From positions 4,256 through 68,255 of the forward strand of contig CAYXBB010000005.1 of the NCBI GenBank assembly GCA_964463285.1: 64,000 nucleotides of DNA, given 5' to 3'. A program made the translations under genes and the position numbers. Numbering within the stretch: the stretch's first letter is position 1; each line of letters begins with the position of its first letter. This document shows positions 28,446-38,300 of this stretch, piece by piece. The notes beneath the pieces were generated by a model. The model worked only from the letters and a program-made list of their open reading frames with translations, made no database searches and had not been told where the DNA came from. Origin of the DNA: an uncultured Syntrophomonadaceae bacterium. Lineage in GTDB: Bacteria; Bacillota; Dethiobacteria; DTU022.

Positions 28446-28912
28446 ACCTGCGTTTATATAATCCCTTTCGGGTAAAACATTTTATCAAAATCAGCAGGAT
28501 TTTAAGCGGTGTTGCCGAAGAGCTAAGCCTTAGGGTACAGTAAACGACATGCCATATGATAAACTGGTTTTTGAGGGTCGAAATCAGCAATTTATTTTTC
28601 CCAAACGGCCTGTTTGACAGCACGTTTTTTCTTAGTCATAGGTATCCTCCTTATGTAAATCCTTTAAAAGGAGTATGACATAAGGGGGAAGAACTGTTCA
28701 GGTGGGAACTATTTGACGGTTACGTAGGGGCAGACGACTCTGTCTGCCCGAATATATGCAGGTTTTCTTGATATATGCAATGGGTGGACCGGGGCGTCCA
28801 CTACTACAGGATATAATTTGTTCAGCTTGAGATTCAAACCACCAGGTGAGCATAGAGGTACAGATTTGGGAATGTGCCGATCTTGGGCTGACGTATATTT
28901 TAGGGGGCGGCG

Positions 28913-30313
28913 ATGAAAGAATTATCTGTGGTGGTACTGGCGGCAGGGGAAGGCAAGCGGATGTGCTCTGAGCATCCTAAGGTGCTACACCCTATCTGCG
29001 GGCGTCCCATGCTTTGGTATATTTTAGAAAGCGCTTCCTTTCTTACCGACCAGGTATTTATAGTTATCGGGCACGGCGCCCCTATTATTCAAAAAACGCT
29101 GGGGACCGGCTGGAAATATATATTACAGGAGAAACAGCTGGGAACAGGGCATGCGGTAGTGCAGGCCCTGCCCGGGCTGCCCGCCTCAGGCAATTTGTTG
29201 GTTTTATGCGGAGATACACCGCTGCTGGAAACCCGGCATTTACAAGAGATGTTAGAACGGCATGTGGCGGGGGGAGCAACGGTAATGACCACCCGGATCC
29301 CCGATCCCACCGGGTACGGCCGGATTATTCGTGACTCGCGGGAACAGGTGGAGGCTATAGTTGAGGAGAATGAGGCCACAATTGAGCAGAAGAGCGTTAA
29401 GGAAATCAGTACCGGCGCTTATTGTTTTGACCTGGAGCGATTAACCGGCTTTCTTCCAATGTTGGAAAATGATAATGCCCAACGAGAGTATTATCTGACC
29501 GATGTAATCTCGCTGTTTAAAAAACATGGATATCCTGTTCAGACTTATCAGCTTACTGATTATCGGATAGGGCTGGGGGTAAATGATCGATGCCAGCTTG
29601 CAGAAGCAACGGCAATATGGCGGAAACGCATTAACCGGGCCCTGATGGCGATGGGGGTCACCATCATCGACCCAGAAACCACCTATATAGATTACGGGGT
29701 GAAAATCGGGCTGGAGACGGTGATCTGGCCTCAGACCGTTATCGAAGGGCCGGGTACTATAGGTTCACATTGCCAGATCGGCCCCGGTACTCACCTGAAA
29801 CAGGCGATACTGGAAGAGGAGGTAACCGTAAGACAATCGGTAGTGGAACAAAGCCTAATTGGATCCCAGTCGGCGGTAGGGCCGTTTGCCTATATTCGCC
29901 CTGGTTGTCATCTGGGGTCGCGGGTTAAAATCGGGGACTTTGTAGAGGTTAAGGGCTCTAACCTCGGAGAGGATACCAAGGTGCCCCACTTAAGTTATGT
30001 AGGGGATGCCGATATCGGGGAACGGGTAAATTTAGGAGCCGGAGTGATCGTGGTGAATTACGATGGTCGGCGCAAACACCGCTGCCTGATTAAGCCGGAT
30101 GCTTTCATAGGATGTAACAGCAACCTGATTTCTCCGTTAACAATTGGGGAAGGTGCGTTTATCGCTGCCGGTTCCACTATCAATAAAGACGTTCCCGCCG
30201 GCTCATTGGCCCTGGCCAGAGCCGCACAAAACCTTTACCCGGGTCGGGCATCCAGTCTGATTGCCCGAAAATTACCACCGGGAAAAAATAATTGCTATCA
30301 CCAGGATACCTGA
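28913..30313 (+). CDS. glmU: Bifunctional UDP-N-acetylglucosamine pyrophosphorylase / glucosamine-1-phosphate N-acetyltransferase
   Basis: VVLAAGEGKRM N-terminus. C-terminal left-handed beta-helix hexapeptide repeats. Confidence 0.95.
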   Translation: MKELSVVVLAAGEGKRMCSEHPKVLHPICGRPMLWYILESASFLTDQVFIVIGHGAPIIQKTLGTGWKYILQEKQLGTGHAVVQALPGLPASGNLLVLCGDTPLLETRHLQEMLERHVAGGATVMTTRIPDPTGYGRIIRDSREQVEAIVEENEATIEQKSVKEISTGAYCFDLERLTGFLPMLENDNAQREYYLTDVISLFKKHGYPVQTYQLTDYRIGLGVNDRCQLAEATAIWRKRINRALMAMGVTIIDPETTYIDYGVKIGLETVIWPQTVIEGPGTIGSHCQIGPGTHLKQAILEEEVTVRQSVVEQSLIGSQSAVGPFAYIRPGCHLGSRVKIGDFVEVKGSNLGEDTKVPHLSYVGDADIGERVNLGAGVIVVNYDGRRKHRCLIKPDAFIGCNSNLISPLTIGEGAFIAAGSTINKDVPAGSLALARAAQNLYPGRASSLIARKLPPGKNNCYHQDT

Positions 30314-30349
30314 GAGATTAACAAATACTCACAGGGGGCTAGGAGAAAG

Positions 30350-31294
30350 GTGCCAATCAACAACAAACTAAAAATTTTTAGTGGTAGCGCCAACCGCCGG
30401 TTGTCTGAGGAGATAGCCGGGTGTATAGGAGTGCCTTTGGGACAATCTGAGGTGATCAGGTTCAGTGATGGGGAGATTTCGATTAATATTAAAGAGAGTG
30501 TACGGGGCTCCAATGTATATTTGATTCAACCTATATGCCCGCCGGTTAACGAAAATATGATGGAATTGTTAATATTAATCGACGCACTAAAAAGGGCTTC
30601 TTCCAAATCCGTAAACGTGGTTATACCTTATTACGGCTACGCCCGGCAGGACCGGAAAACACGGGCCCGGGATCCGATTACCGCTAAACTGGTAGCCGAT
30701 TTGATTACCGCTGCCGGGGCCAACCGGATTGTGGCCATGGATCTTCATGCCGGGCAAATCCAGGGGTTTTTTAACATACCATTTGATCATCTTACCGCTA
30801 TCCCCATTTTGGCCAATTATTTTAGTTCCAAAAACATTGAATGCGGAATAGTGGTCTCTCCCGATTTAGGGGGACTTACCCGGGCTCGCCAACTGGCGGA
30901 CAGGCTGGCATTGCCGATTGCGGTTATTGATAAGAAACGGGTGGCTCCCAATAAAGCAGAGATCATGAATATTATTGGATTTGTTCGTAATAAAACTGCC
31001 ATCCTGGTAGATGATATTATCGACACTGCGGGTACCATTGTGCAGGGAGCTGAAGAATTGGCCGGCCAGGGGGTGCTGGAGATATATGCCTGTTGCACTC
31101 ATCCGGTGTTTTCAGGACCCGCCCTGGATCGCCTCCGCAACTCCCCCATAAAACAGATAGTCTACACCAACACCATACCGGTTCAATCGGAACTTGAGAA
31201 TTTAAAATTCAAATCGCTGTCAGTAGCTCCTTTGATCGGGGAGGCGATTGTTCGCATTCATGAAGAGCGCTCGGTAAGCGAACTGTTTGATTGA
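30350..31294 (+). CDS. prs: Ribose-phosphate pyrophosphokinase
   Basis: GTG start. [11 protein letters not shown] and [11 protein letters not shown] motifs. Confidence 0.95.
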   Translation: MPINNKLKIFSGSANRRLSEEIAGCIGVPLGQSEVIRFSDGEISINIKESVRGSNVYLIQPICPPVNENMMELLILIDALKRASSKSVNVVIPYYGYARQDRKTRARDPITAKLVADLITAAGANRIVAMDLHAGQIQGFFNIPFDHLTAIPILANYFSSKNIECGIVVSPDLGGLTRARQLADRLALPIAVIDKKRVAPNKAEIMNIIGFVRNKTAILVDDIIDTAGTIVQGAEELAGQGVLEIYACCTHPVFSGPALDRLRNSPIKQIVYTNTIPVQSELENLKFKSLSVAPLIGEAIVRIHEERSVSELFD

Positions 31295-31295
31295 T

Positions 31296-31325
31296 TTGAC
31301 AAAAAGTTGTTAGTTAAGATATAAT
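31296..31325 (+). promoter_or_regulatory. Sigma-A-like promoter TTGACA-N18-TATAAT upstream of rplY/ctc
   Basis: ttgacaaaaagttgttagttaagatataat. Confidence 0.45.
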
Positions 31326-31362
31326 GTTCATTCATTAGCAGTATATACACGGAGGCAGCAAT

Positions 31363-32028
31363 ATGGAACATTTAGCTCTACAGGCGGAGCTACGGCCGCC
31401 AATGAACAAGGGGCAGCTAAAACAGCTTCGCCGGGAGGGAAAGATCCCCGCGGTGGTTTATGGCCGGGGAAAGAACAACCAAAACCTGCAGGTAGAAGGA
31501 CGAAGGCTTAACCAGATATTGTCCTCGGAGGGCGGCAACGTATTACTGGATCTGCAGCTTGATTCGGCAGCTACCGGAACAGAAACGGTGATGTTTAAAG
31601 AAATCCAGCGCAATCCTATTTTGAGGGAACAAATATTGCATGTTGATTTTATCCGGATTTCCATGACCGATCAAATTGAGGTGGAGGTACCCCTGATCTT
31701 TACCGGCGAATCGGTAGGGGTTAAGGACGAGGGGGGGTTGCTGGAAATCCTAATGCGTGAGATTACTATAAAGTGCCTGCCCGCAGAGATTCCCGAACAT
31801 ATTTTGATCGATGTATCGGAGCTTAAGATTGGGGACAGTATTGGGGCCGGCAGCTTGCAGTTGGATGAAAAGTTGGAACTGGTTACCGATCCCGATGAAC
31901 TACTGGTTCAGGTGTCCGTGGTCATGGAGGAAGAGGAAGCAGAAGAAGAGGTAGAAGAAGAGGTAACGGAGCTTCCAGGAGAAGGGACGGCGGAACCGGA
32001 AGAAGAAAAAGGGGAGCCGGCATCTTAA
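31363..32028 (+). CDS. rplY: 50S ribosomal protein L25 / general stress protein Ctc with acidic C-terminal tail
   Basis: L25 beta-barrel N-domain plus Ctc-type C-domain. EEEAEEEVEEE tail. Confidence 0.9.
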   Translation: MEHLALQAELRPPMNKGQLKQLRREGKIPAVVYGRGKNNQNLQVEGRRLNQILSSEGGNVLLDLQLDSAATGTETVMFKEIQRNPILREQILHVDFIRISMTDQIEVEVPLIFTGESVGVKDEGGLLEILMREITIKCLPAEIPEHILIDVSELKIGDSIGAGSLQLDEKLELVTDPDELLVQVSVVMEEEEAEEEVEEEVTELPGEGTAEPEEEKGEPAS

Positions 32029-32096
32029 AATTTCTGGAGGCAACGGCCCGAAAAACCTTTGGCCAGGTATCGGTTTGGCACGGGGGGAGTCGGTAA

Positions 32097-32654
32097 TTGT
32101 TTGCTATTGTTGGCTTGGGCAACCCGGGCCGGGAATATGAGGGAACCAGACACAATGCCGGCTACCGGGTCGTGGAGGCACTGGCCGGCGTGCTTTCTGC
32201 CGATTGCCCATTCCGCCTCCGAAGGTCAATCTGTGCCACTGCCAGCTATGCCGGGAACAGGGTGTTATTGGTGCAGCCTATAACCTATATGAATTTAAGC
32301 GGACAAGCGGTAGCTGAACTATTCCGGCAATACCGTCTGGACTTCGGGAACCTGCTATTAATACATGATGAGTTGGATCTTCCACTGGGGTTGATTCGCC
32401 TTAAATCAGGGGGCGGCAGTGCCGGACATCAGGGAGTTCAATCGGTTATAGACAGTATGGGAAGCCCGGAGTTTTTGCGTTTGAGATTCGGAATAAGCCG
32501 CCCGCCGTTGATGCAGGAAGCAGCTTCCTATGTGCTGCAGCGCTTTTCTTCCCCGGAACAAGAGATGGTGGATACTGCGGTGCAGGTTGCGGTGGAAGCG
32601 GTTAAACTGCTGATCAAAAAAGGCCCGGCGGCGGCCATGAATAAATTTAATTAA
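32097..32654 (+). CDS. pth: Peptidyl-tRNA hydrolase
   Basis: TTG start. FAIVGLGNPG...TRHNAGY signature. Confidence 0.95.
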   Translation: MFAIVGLGNPGREYEGTRHNAGYRVVEALAGVLSADCPFRLRRSICATASYAGNRVLLVQPITYMNLSGQAVAELFRQYRLDFGNLLLIHDELDLPLGLIRLKSGGGSAGHQGVQSVIDSMGSPEFLRLRFGISRPPLMQEAASYVLQRFSSPEQEMVDTAVQVAVEAVKLLIKKGPAAAMNKFN

Positions 32655-32739
32655 TCCGCTTTGTTAGGAGTTTGTATTTTGTACCGGAAAATTGCACGTA
32701 TCACTTGGTTACTGCGTAAGTTAAAAGTATCGATCAAAA

Positions 32740-33029
32740 AAGCATCTTTAAGGCTATGATGAAGGAAAGTAAACCGGGGAATCCTTCCCCTCAGAGAGGC
32801 CGGGCCGCAGGCTGAAAGCCCCCGGGAAGGGCCTGGTTGAAGTTCCCTCCGGAGCTGGGAGCTGAAACCTCGGTTTGGATCGGGGCCAGTAGGCTCTACC
32901 GGTTCTTCTCCGTTAACGGAAGGGGGTATCGGCAGTGTAAGATAGTTGCCTGTACCTGTCAAGAGGGTGGCCAAACCAAACAGGGTGGTACCGCGGAGTA
33001 AAATCCGTCCCGCAAGGGGCGGTTTTTTT
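32740..33029 (+). promoter_or_regulatory. T-box riboswitch leader: Stem I K-turn, AGAGA distal motif, T-box sequence and terminator. Candidate specifier UUC (Phe)
   Basis: GATGA...AAGTA K-turn at 32757. AGAGA at about 32800. T-box AAACAGGGTGGTACCGCGG at 32977-32996. Terminator CCGTCCC-gcaa-GGGGCGG-T7 at 33005-33029. UGGU bulge predicts an A73 tRNA. Downstream aroF-pheA suggests Phe; GAAGTTC is a candidate specifier context. Confidence 0.75.
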
Positions 33030-33063
33030 ACATATTAAACAGGCTACGAGGAGGTTGGAAGAG

Positions 33064-34119
33064 ATGATTGTGGTAATGAAATTAGCAGCTACCGGGTTGG
33101 AGATAGAAAAAGTTGAGCAGCGATTGCATCAGATGGGATTTAAATCTCATCTTATTCAGGGGGTGGAGAGAATTGTAATCGGGGCGGTAGGCGAAAAGAA
33201 AATAACTTTCCCCACTGGTTTGGAGATACTTCCCGGAGTGGAAAAAGTAGTTCCGGTGATGGCCCCATACAAACTGGTCAGCCGGGAATCCAGAGAGGTG
33301 AGCAGCCTGATCCCGGTAGGGGATCTGCTGGTAGGCGGAAAACAGCTGGTGATCGCCGCCGGGCCCTGTGCCGTAGAAAGTGAAGATCAGCTGATCACCA
33401 TCGCCCGCCGGGTAAAAGCGGCAGGGGCACAGGTTTTGCGGGGGGGCGCTTTCAAGCCACGCACCTCCCCCTACAGCTTTCAGGGCCTGGAGAAGGAGGG
33501 GCTGACCATGTTGGCCCGGGCCCGGGAGGAGACCGGGCTGAAAGTGGTTACCGAGGTGCTAACCCCTCAGGATGTGGAACTGGTGGCTGTCTGCAGCGAT
33601 ATCTTGCAGGTAGGAGCGCGAAACATGCAAAATTTCCCCCTGTTAAAGGAGTTGGGGCGAATCGGCAAGCCGGTGTTGTTGAAAAGGGGCCTGGCTGCTA
33701 CTGTGGAGGAATGGTTAATGGCGGCGGAATATATTTTGGCGGAGGGGAATGATGCTGTTATCCTGTGTGAGCGGGGAATCCGGACCTTTGAAACCGCCAC
33801 CCGCAGCACTTTGGATATCAGTGCCATTCCTCTGGCTAAAATATGGAGCCATCTGCCGGTGATAGTCGATCCCTGCCACAGTAGCGGTTCCTGGCGCCTG
33901 GCACTGCCGTTAAGCCTGGCGGCGGTGGCTGCCGGAGCTGACGGGTTGATGGTAGAGGTTCACCATAAACCGGCGGAAGCCCTTTGTGACGGGCCCCAAT
34001 CCCTTACTCCCGATAATTTTAGGCAGTTAATGGAGCAGGTGGCCAGAATTGCTCCGGTCTTAGACCGCCATTTAGTTGTACCCTCCAAAGATCATCCGGA
34101 AAAAGGGGTGAAAGAGTGA
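33064..34119 (+). CDS. aroF: 3-deoxy-7-phosphoheptulonate (DAHP) synthase, type I-beta with N-terminal ferredoxin-like/ACT regulatory domain
   Basis: Catalytic core GPCAVES...KPRTSPYSF. N-terminal ~80-aa regulatory domain as in the Thermotoga enzyme. ATG at 33064 with GAGGAGG RBS. Confidence 0.85.
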   Translation: MIVVMKLAATGLEIEKVEQRLHQMGFKSHLIQGVERIVIGAVGEKKITFPTGLEILPGVEKVVPVMAPYKLVSRESREVSSLIPVGDLLVGGKQLVIAAGPCAVESEDQLITIARRVKAAGAQVLRGGAFKPRTSPYSFQGLEKEGLTMLARAREETGLKVVTEVLTPQDVELVAVCSDILQVGARNMQNFPLLKELGRIGKPVLLKRGLAATVEEWLMAAEYILAEGNDAVILCERGIRTFETATRSTLDISAIPLAKIWSHLPVIVDPCHSSGSWRLALPLSLAAVAAGADGLMVEVHHKPAEALCDGPQSLTPDNFRQLMEQVARIAPVLDRHLVVPSKDHPEKGVKE

Positions 34120-34955
34120 GCAGTAAATTAGGTTACCTGGGGCCGGCGGGAACGTTTTCTGAAGAAGCTGCGCTTAATTATATCCGATCCTGCCGGCGCC
34201 GCCTGGTGGAATATCCAAACATCCCGGAAATTGTAGAGGCGGTGATAAAGGGCAAGGTGAAAGAGGGCCTGGTCCCCTTGGAAAATTCACTGGAGGGAGG
34301 GGTGGCGGTTACCCTGGACTTGCTGGCCTCTCAAGATGGCCCGCAGATATGCCGGGAGCTGATCTATCCCATCAAGCACAGTCTGCTGGCTCACCCGCAC
34401 ACAACCCTTCATAATATAAAAATTGTGGTTTCACATTTTCAGGCCCTGGGCCAGTGCCGCCATTTTCTCAGCCACCAGCTAACCGGGGCAGTGGTTATCC
34501 CGGTAGAGAGCACTGGCGCGGCGGCGCTTAAAGCCTCCCGGGAAGAAGGAGTGGCGGCCATAGCTCCCCGGCGGGCTGCCGATCTTTATGGTCTTAATCT
34601 GTTGGCAGAAGATATTCAGGACAACAATTTTAACTGCACCAGATTTATAGTGCTGTCAGATCGGGATCACCCTCCCACGGGAGATGACAAAACCTCGGTG
34701 GTGATCGCAGTGCCTGACGGCCCCGGCAGTCTTTACAATATTTTGGGTTACTTTGCCCGTCACCATATAAACCTGACCCGGATCGAATCCCGCCCGGCCC
34801 GTCGACGTTTGGGGGAGTACCTTTTTTTTATCGATTGTCAGGGGCATCGCGATCAGACCGGGTCAACCGAGCTCTGGGCCGAGCTGCGCCGGGAATCAAG
34901 TTGGTTTAAAATACTCGGTTCTTATCCCCGGTCATTATATTCTGAAAGCAGATAG
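34116..34955 (+). CDS. pheA: Prephenate dehydratase (PDT + ACT domains)
   Basis: LGYLGPAGTFSEEAA. ESRP (TRF-like) motif. C-terminal ACT domain. Confidence 0.9.
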   Translation: MSSKLGYLGPAGTFSEEAALNYIRSCRRRLVEYPNIPEIVEAVIKGKVKEGLVPLENSLEGGVAVTLDLLASQDGPQICRELIYPIKHSLLAHPHTTLHNIKIVVSHFQALGQCRHFLSHQLTGAVVIPVESTGAAALKASREEGVAAIAPRRAADLYGLNLLAEDIQDNNFNCTRFIVLSDRDHPPTGDDKTSVVIAVPDGPGSLYNILGYFARHHINLTRIESRPARRRLGEYLFFIDCQGHRDQTGSTELWAELRRESSWFKILGSYPRSLYSESR

Positions 34956-35037
34956 ATTTTGCTCGCCAGGGGATAATTATGAACACCGGGGGATAGCATA
35001 TTAGTAACCATTGGCCATAATTTATGGAGAAGAAAAG

Positions 35038-35244
35038 TTGAAGGTTACATATTTGTGTCATGGTTGCGGTGCGTTAATCGGCAGCTTGTATTTAACCGAA
35101 GCCGAGCAGGAGCAACTGGGCTTATTGACGACAGAGGGCAAGGAAGATATAATAAAAAGCGCTGCCGGGGATATATTTATTTATTCCCTGTGTGAGTTTT
35201 GCGGTAGCAACATCAAGGCCTTACCGCCACCCGATTCCCAGTAA
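35038..35244 (+). CDS. fin: Anti-sigma-F factor Fin (YabK), zinc-ribbon RNA-polymerase-binding protein
   Basis: YLCHGCG...GSL...LG.LT.E....GD...YSLCEFCG parallels B. subtilis Fin (YYCRHCG...C..C). TTG start with GGAGAAG RBS. Immediately upstream of mfd as in Bacillus. The ORF track starts at 35011. Confidence 0.7.
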   Translation: MKVTYLCHGCGALIGSLYLTEAEQEQLGLLTTEGKEDIIKSAAGDIFIYSLCEFCGSNIKALPPPDSQ

Positions 35245-35308
35245 GGAAATCGGGTGACAATTTTAATTGCAGCAACTTTCCAAAACCTTTCCCTCCAGGG
35301 AGGAAGGC

Positions 35309-38300
35309 ATGTTACTGCGTGGATGGTTAAAACTTTGGTTTAATACCCCTTTATTTGCCGGCCTGGCCCATGGGATTCAGTCTACACCTGGTTATCATGC
35401 CTCGATACAGGGGGTGGATCAAGGTGCCGGGGCGTTTATAATTGCCGGCCTGGCTGAACATTGTAGTCTTCCTGTACTGGTAATAACCGCGGATGCTGTC
35501 CGGGCGGAAAAGATATATGAAGATCTCCTCACCTTTTTTCCCCGATCATGGGTTCACCTTCTTCTCTCCCGGGAGCTGTTTGTTACCGGGGATCTGCTGA
35601 GCCAAAGTGCCGAACGGTTGGAGCAACGCTTGCATTTTCTGAGCTGGGCCCGTTCCGGAAGCTCGGGCATATATGTTGCTCCACTGGGGGCGATTCTTAG
35701 CCGGGCGGTACCTCCGGAATACTGGAGTGATCTTACTTTAAAGCTTTATCCGGGTTTGCAGATGGATCGCGATTACCTTTTAAAGCGCCTGGTAGAGATC
35801 GGATATCAACGGGCTCCCCTGATCGAGACTAAGGGACAGTTCAGTGCCCGGGGAGAGATAATAGATATATTTCCTCCGGAACAGGAGCAACCGGTCAGAG
35901 TGGAGATGTTTGCGGATACCATTGCCTCCTTGCGGACTTTTGATTGCCGGACCCAACGTTCTACCGGTGTTCGACCCGAGATCAGCATAAGCCCGGCTTT
36001 TGAGTTGATCTTGCCTCCGGACAAATACCGGGAAAAAGAGGCCGATTTACGCCGGGAAGTCGAACGGGCTGTAGCCAAATTAAATTTGAGCAAACAGGCA
36101 GAAACAGCAGACAAATTTAACCGGAGGGTTAACCGGCATCTAACCCGGCTGGCAGAACCCGGGGGGCTGGAAATGTTTTCAACCTATTTTCCCTATTTCT
36201 ATGGTCCGGGGGCTTCCGTATTGCATTATTTAAATAAGCAATCCCTGATTTTTCTGGATGAACCCATCCAGCTGGTTGAACAGGGAGCACGTTTACGAGG
36301 GGAATTGGAGGATTACTACCGAAGCTGTTTATTACAGGGCGAATTTTTACCGGGCCAGCCGGCGCCGATATTTAATGAACAGGAGGTTCTGGCAAATATC
36401 CCCTGGCCGGTAGTCTCCCTATCCTTGTTTTCCACGGACCAGCCTTTTGGTCCGGGAGAGGAGTACAGCCTGGAAATTAGAGGAGTCCCTCATTACTATG
36501 GGCAATGGGATCTTTTTCAAAACGATGTTTGGAAGTGGTTACGGGAAGGTTACCGGGTTTCTCTTTTGGCAGCCAATGTCGGTCGAAGGGATCTTTTAGT
36601 ACAGCAGCTTATAGAACAGGGGCTTCCCGCGGTGGGAGGTAAACAGGAAACGCTCTCCCCGCCGGATAGGGGCCAGTTGCAAGTGGTGGTGGCCGAAATA
36701 AGCGACAGCTTTGTTATGCCTTCTCTGCGACTGGCGGTAATTTCTGAGCGCAACCTGATCCCTCGTCGGCGCAAAAAAAAATTGCTGAGCCGTCATCGAG
36801 GAACCGGTTTGCAAGACTACCGCGAGCTGTCTACAGGTGACTACGTAGTTCATGAACAGCATGGTATCGGAAGATATCTGGGTTTGAGCACGTTGGAGGT
36901 TGGTGGTCTTCAAAAAGATTATCTTCAGGTAAAATACCGGGGAGCAGATAAACTTTATATACCGGTGGACCAAATTCAGCTGATCCAAAAATATATTGGG
37001 GAACAGGGCAAAGTTCCTGCACTGCACAGCCTGGGTAGTGGGGAATGGACGCGCCTTAAAAACAAGGTAAGCTCTTCTATACGGGAGATGGCCGAGGAAC
37101 TGCTGAACATATATTCCCGCCGCCAGACCTTGCCGGGCTATGCTTTTGGACCGGATCATTTTTGGCAACAGGAATTTGAGGGCCAGTTTCCATATGAAGA
37201 AACTCCCGATCAGTTGCAGGCGATTACCGAAGTCAAACGGGATATGGAGAAGGCACAGCCCATGGATCGTTTGATCTGTGGGGATGTGGGCTATGGCAAA
37301 ACCGAAGTGGCTTTAAGAGCGTCATTTAAGGCAGCGGTAGAGGGAAAGCAAGTGGCATTTCTGGTCCCCACGACCATTTTAGCCCAACAGCATTTTCGTA
37401 CTTTCCAGGAGCGCCTGGCTGATTTTCCGCTGGTGGTGGCCCAGATAAGCCGTTTTATTACCCCTTCCAGGCAGAAGGAGACCTTAAAACGGCTGGCGCA
37501 AGGCAAGATCGATGTTATTATCGGTACCCATCGCCTTCTCTCCAAAGATGTGAAATTCCATGATCTGGGTTTGCTGATTATTGACGAGGAGCAACGATTT
37601 GGGGTTCGCCATAAGGAAAAGCTCAAGAAATTGCGACTGGAGGTAGATGTATTAACCATGACTGCTACCCCCATTCCGCGAACCCTGCATCTGTCAATAA
37701 TCGGTGCCAGGGATTTGAGCGTGATCGAAACTCCGCCCGAAAACCGCTACCCGGTACAAACCTTTGTTCTGGAGTATTCCGACCAGCTGGTAACAGAGGC
37801 TATTCAGCGGGAACTAAAAAGGCAGGGGCAGGTATATTTTGTATTTAACCGGGTGCAAGGGATTAACGCCTTTGCGGAGCATCTTCAGAAACTGGTGCCC
37901 GGGGCCCGGATTGCGGTCGGACATGGCCAGATGCCGGAGGCCAGGCTGGAACAGGTGATGAGCGATTTTTTAGAACATAAATATGATGTGCTGGCAAGCA
38001 CTACTATAGTGGAGGCAGGGCTGGATATCCCCAATGTTAACACCATGATTATTTATGAAGCCGACAAATTCGGCCTGGCCCAGCTCTACCAGCTCCGGGG
38101 CAGGGTGGGGCGCTCCAACCGGTTGGCCTATGCTTTTTTAACCTACTGTAAGCACAAGATCCTTGCGGAAGAATCAAAAAAAAGACTGCAGGCAATTAAG
38201 GAATTTACCGAGCTGGGTTCCGGATTTAAAATAGCGCTCAGGGATTTGGAGATCCGCGGCGCCGGGAATATGCTGGGTGCAGAGCAGCACGGGTTTATGA

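Noticed and set aside
32651-32974. Minus-strand 107-aa ORF between pth and aroF
   Set aside because: It covers the T-box leader (K-turn, AGAGA, T-box sequence). RNA element, not protein.
35806-37674. Several minus-strand ORFs (102-190 aa) inside mfd
   Set aside because: They are antisense to a 1196-aa, fully conserved Mfd frame. Typical GC-skew shadow ORFs.
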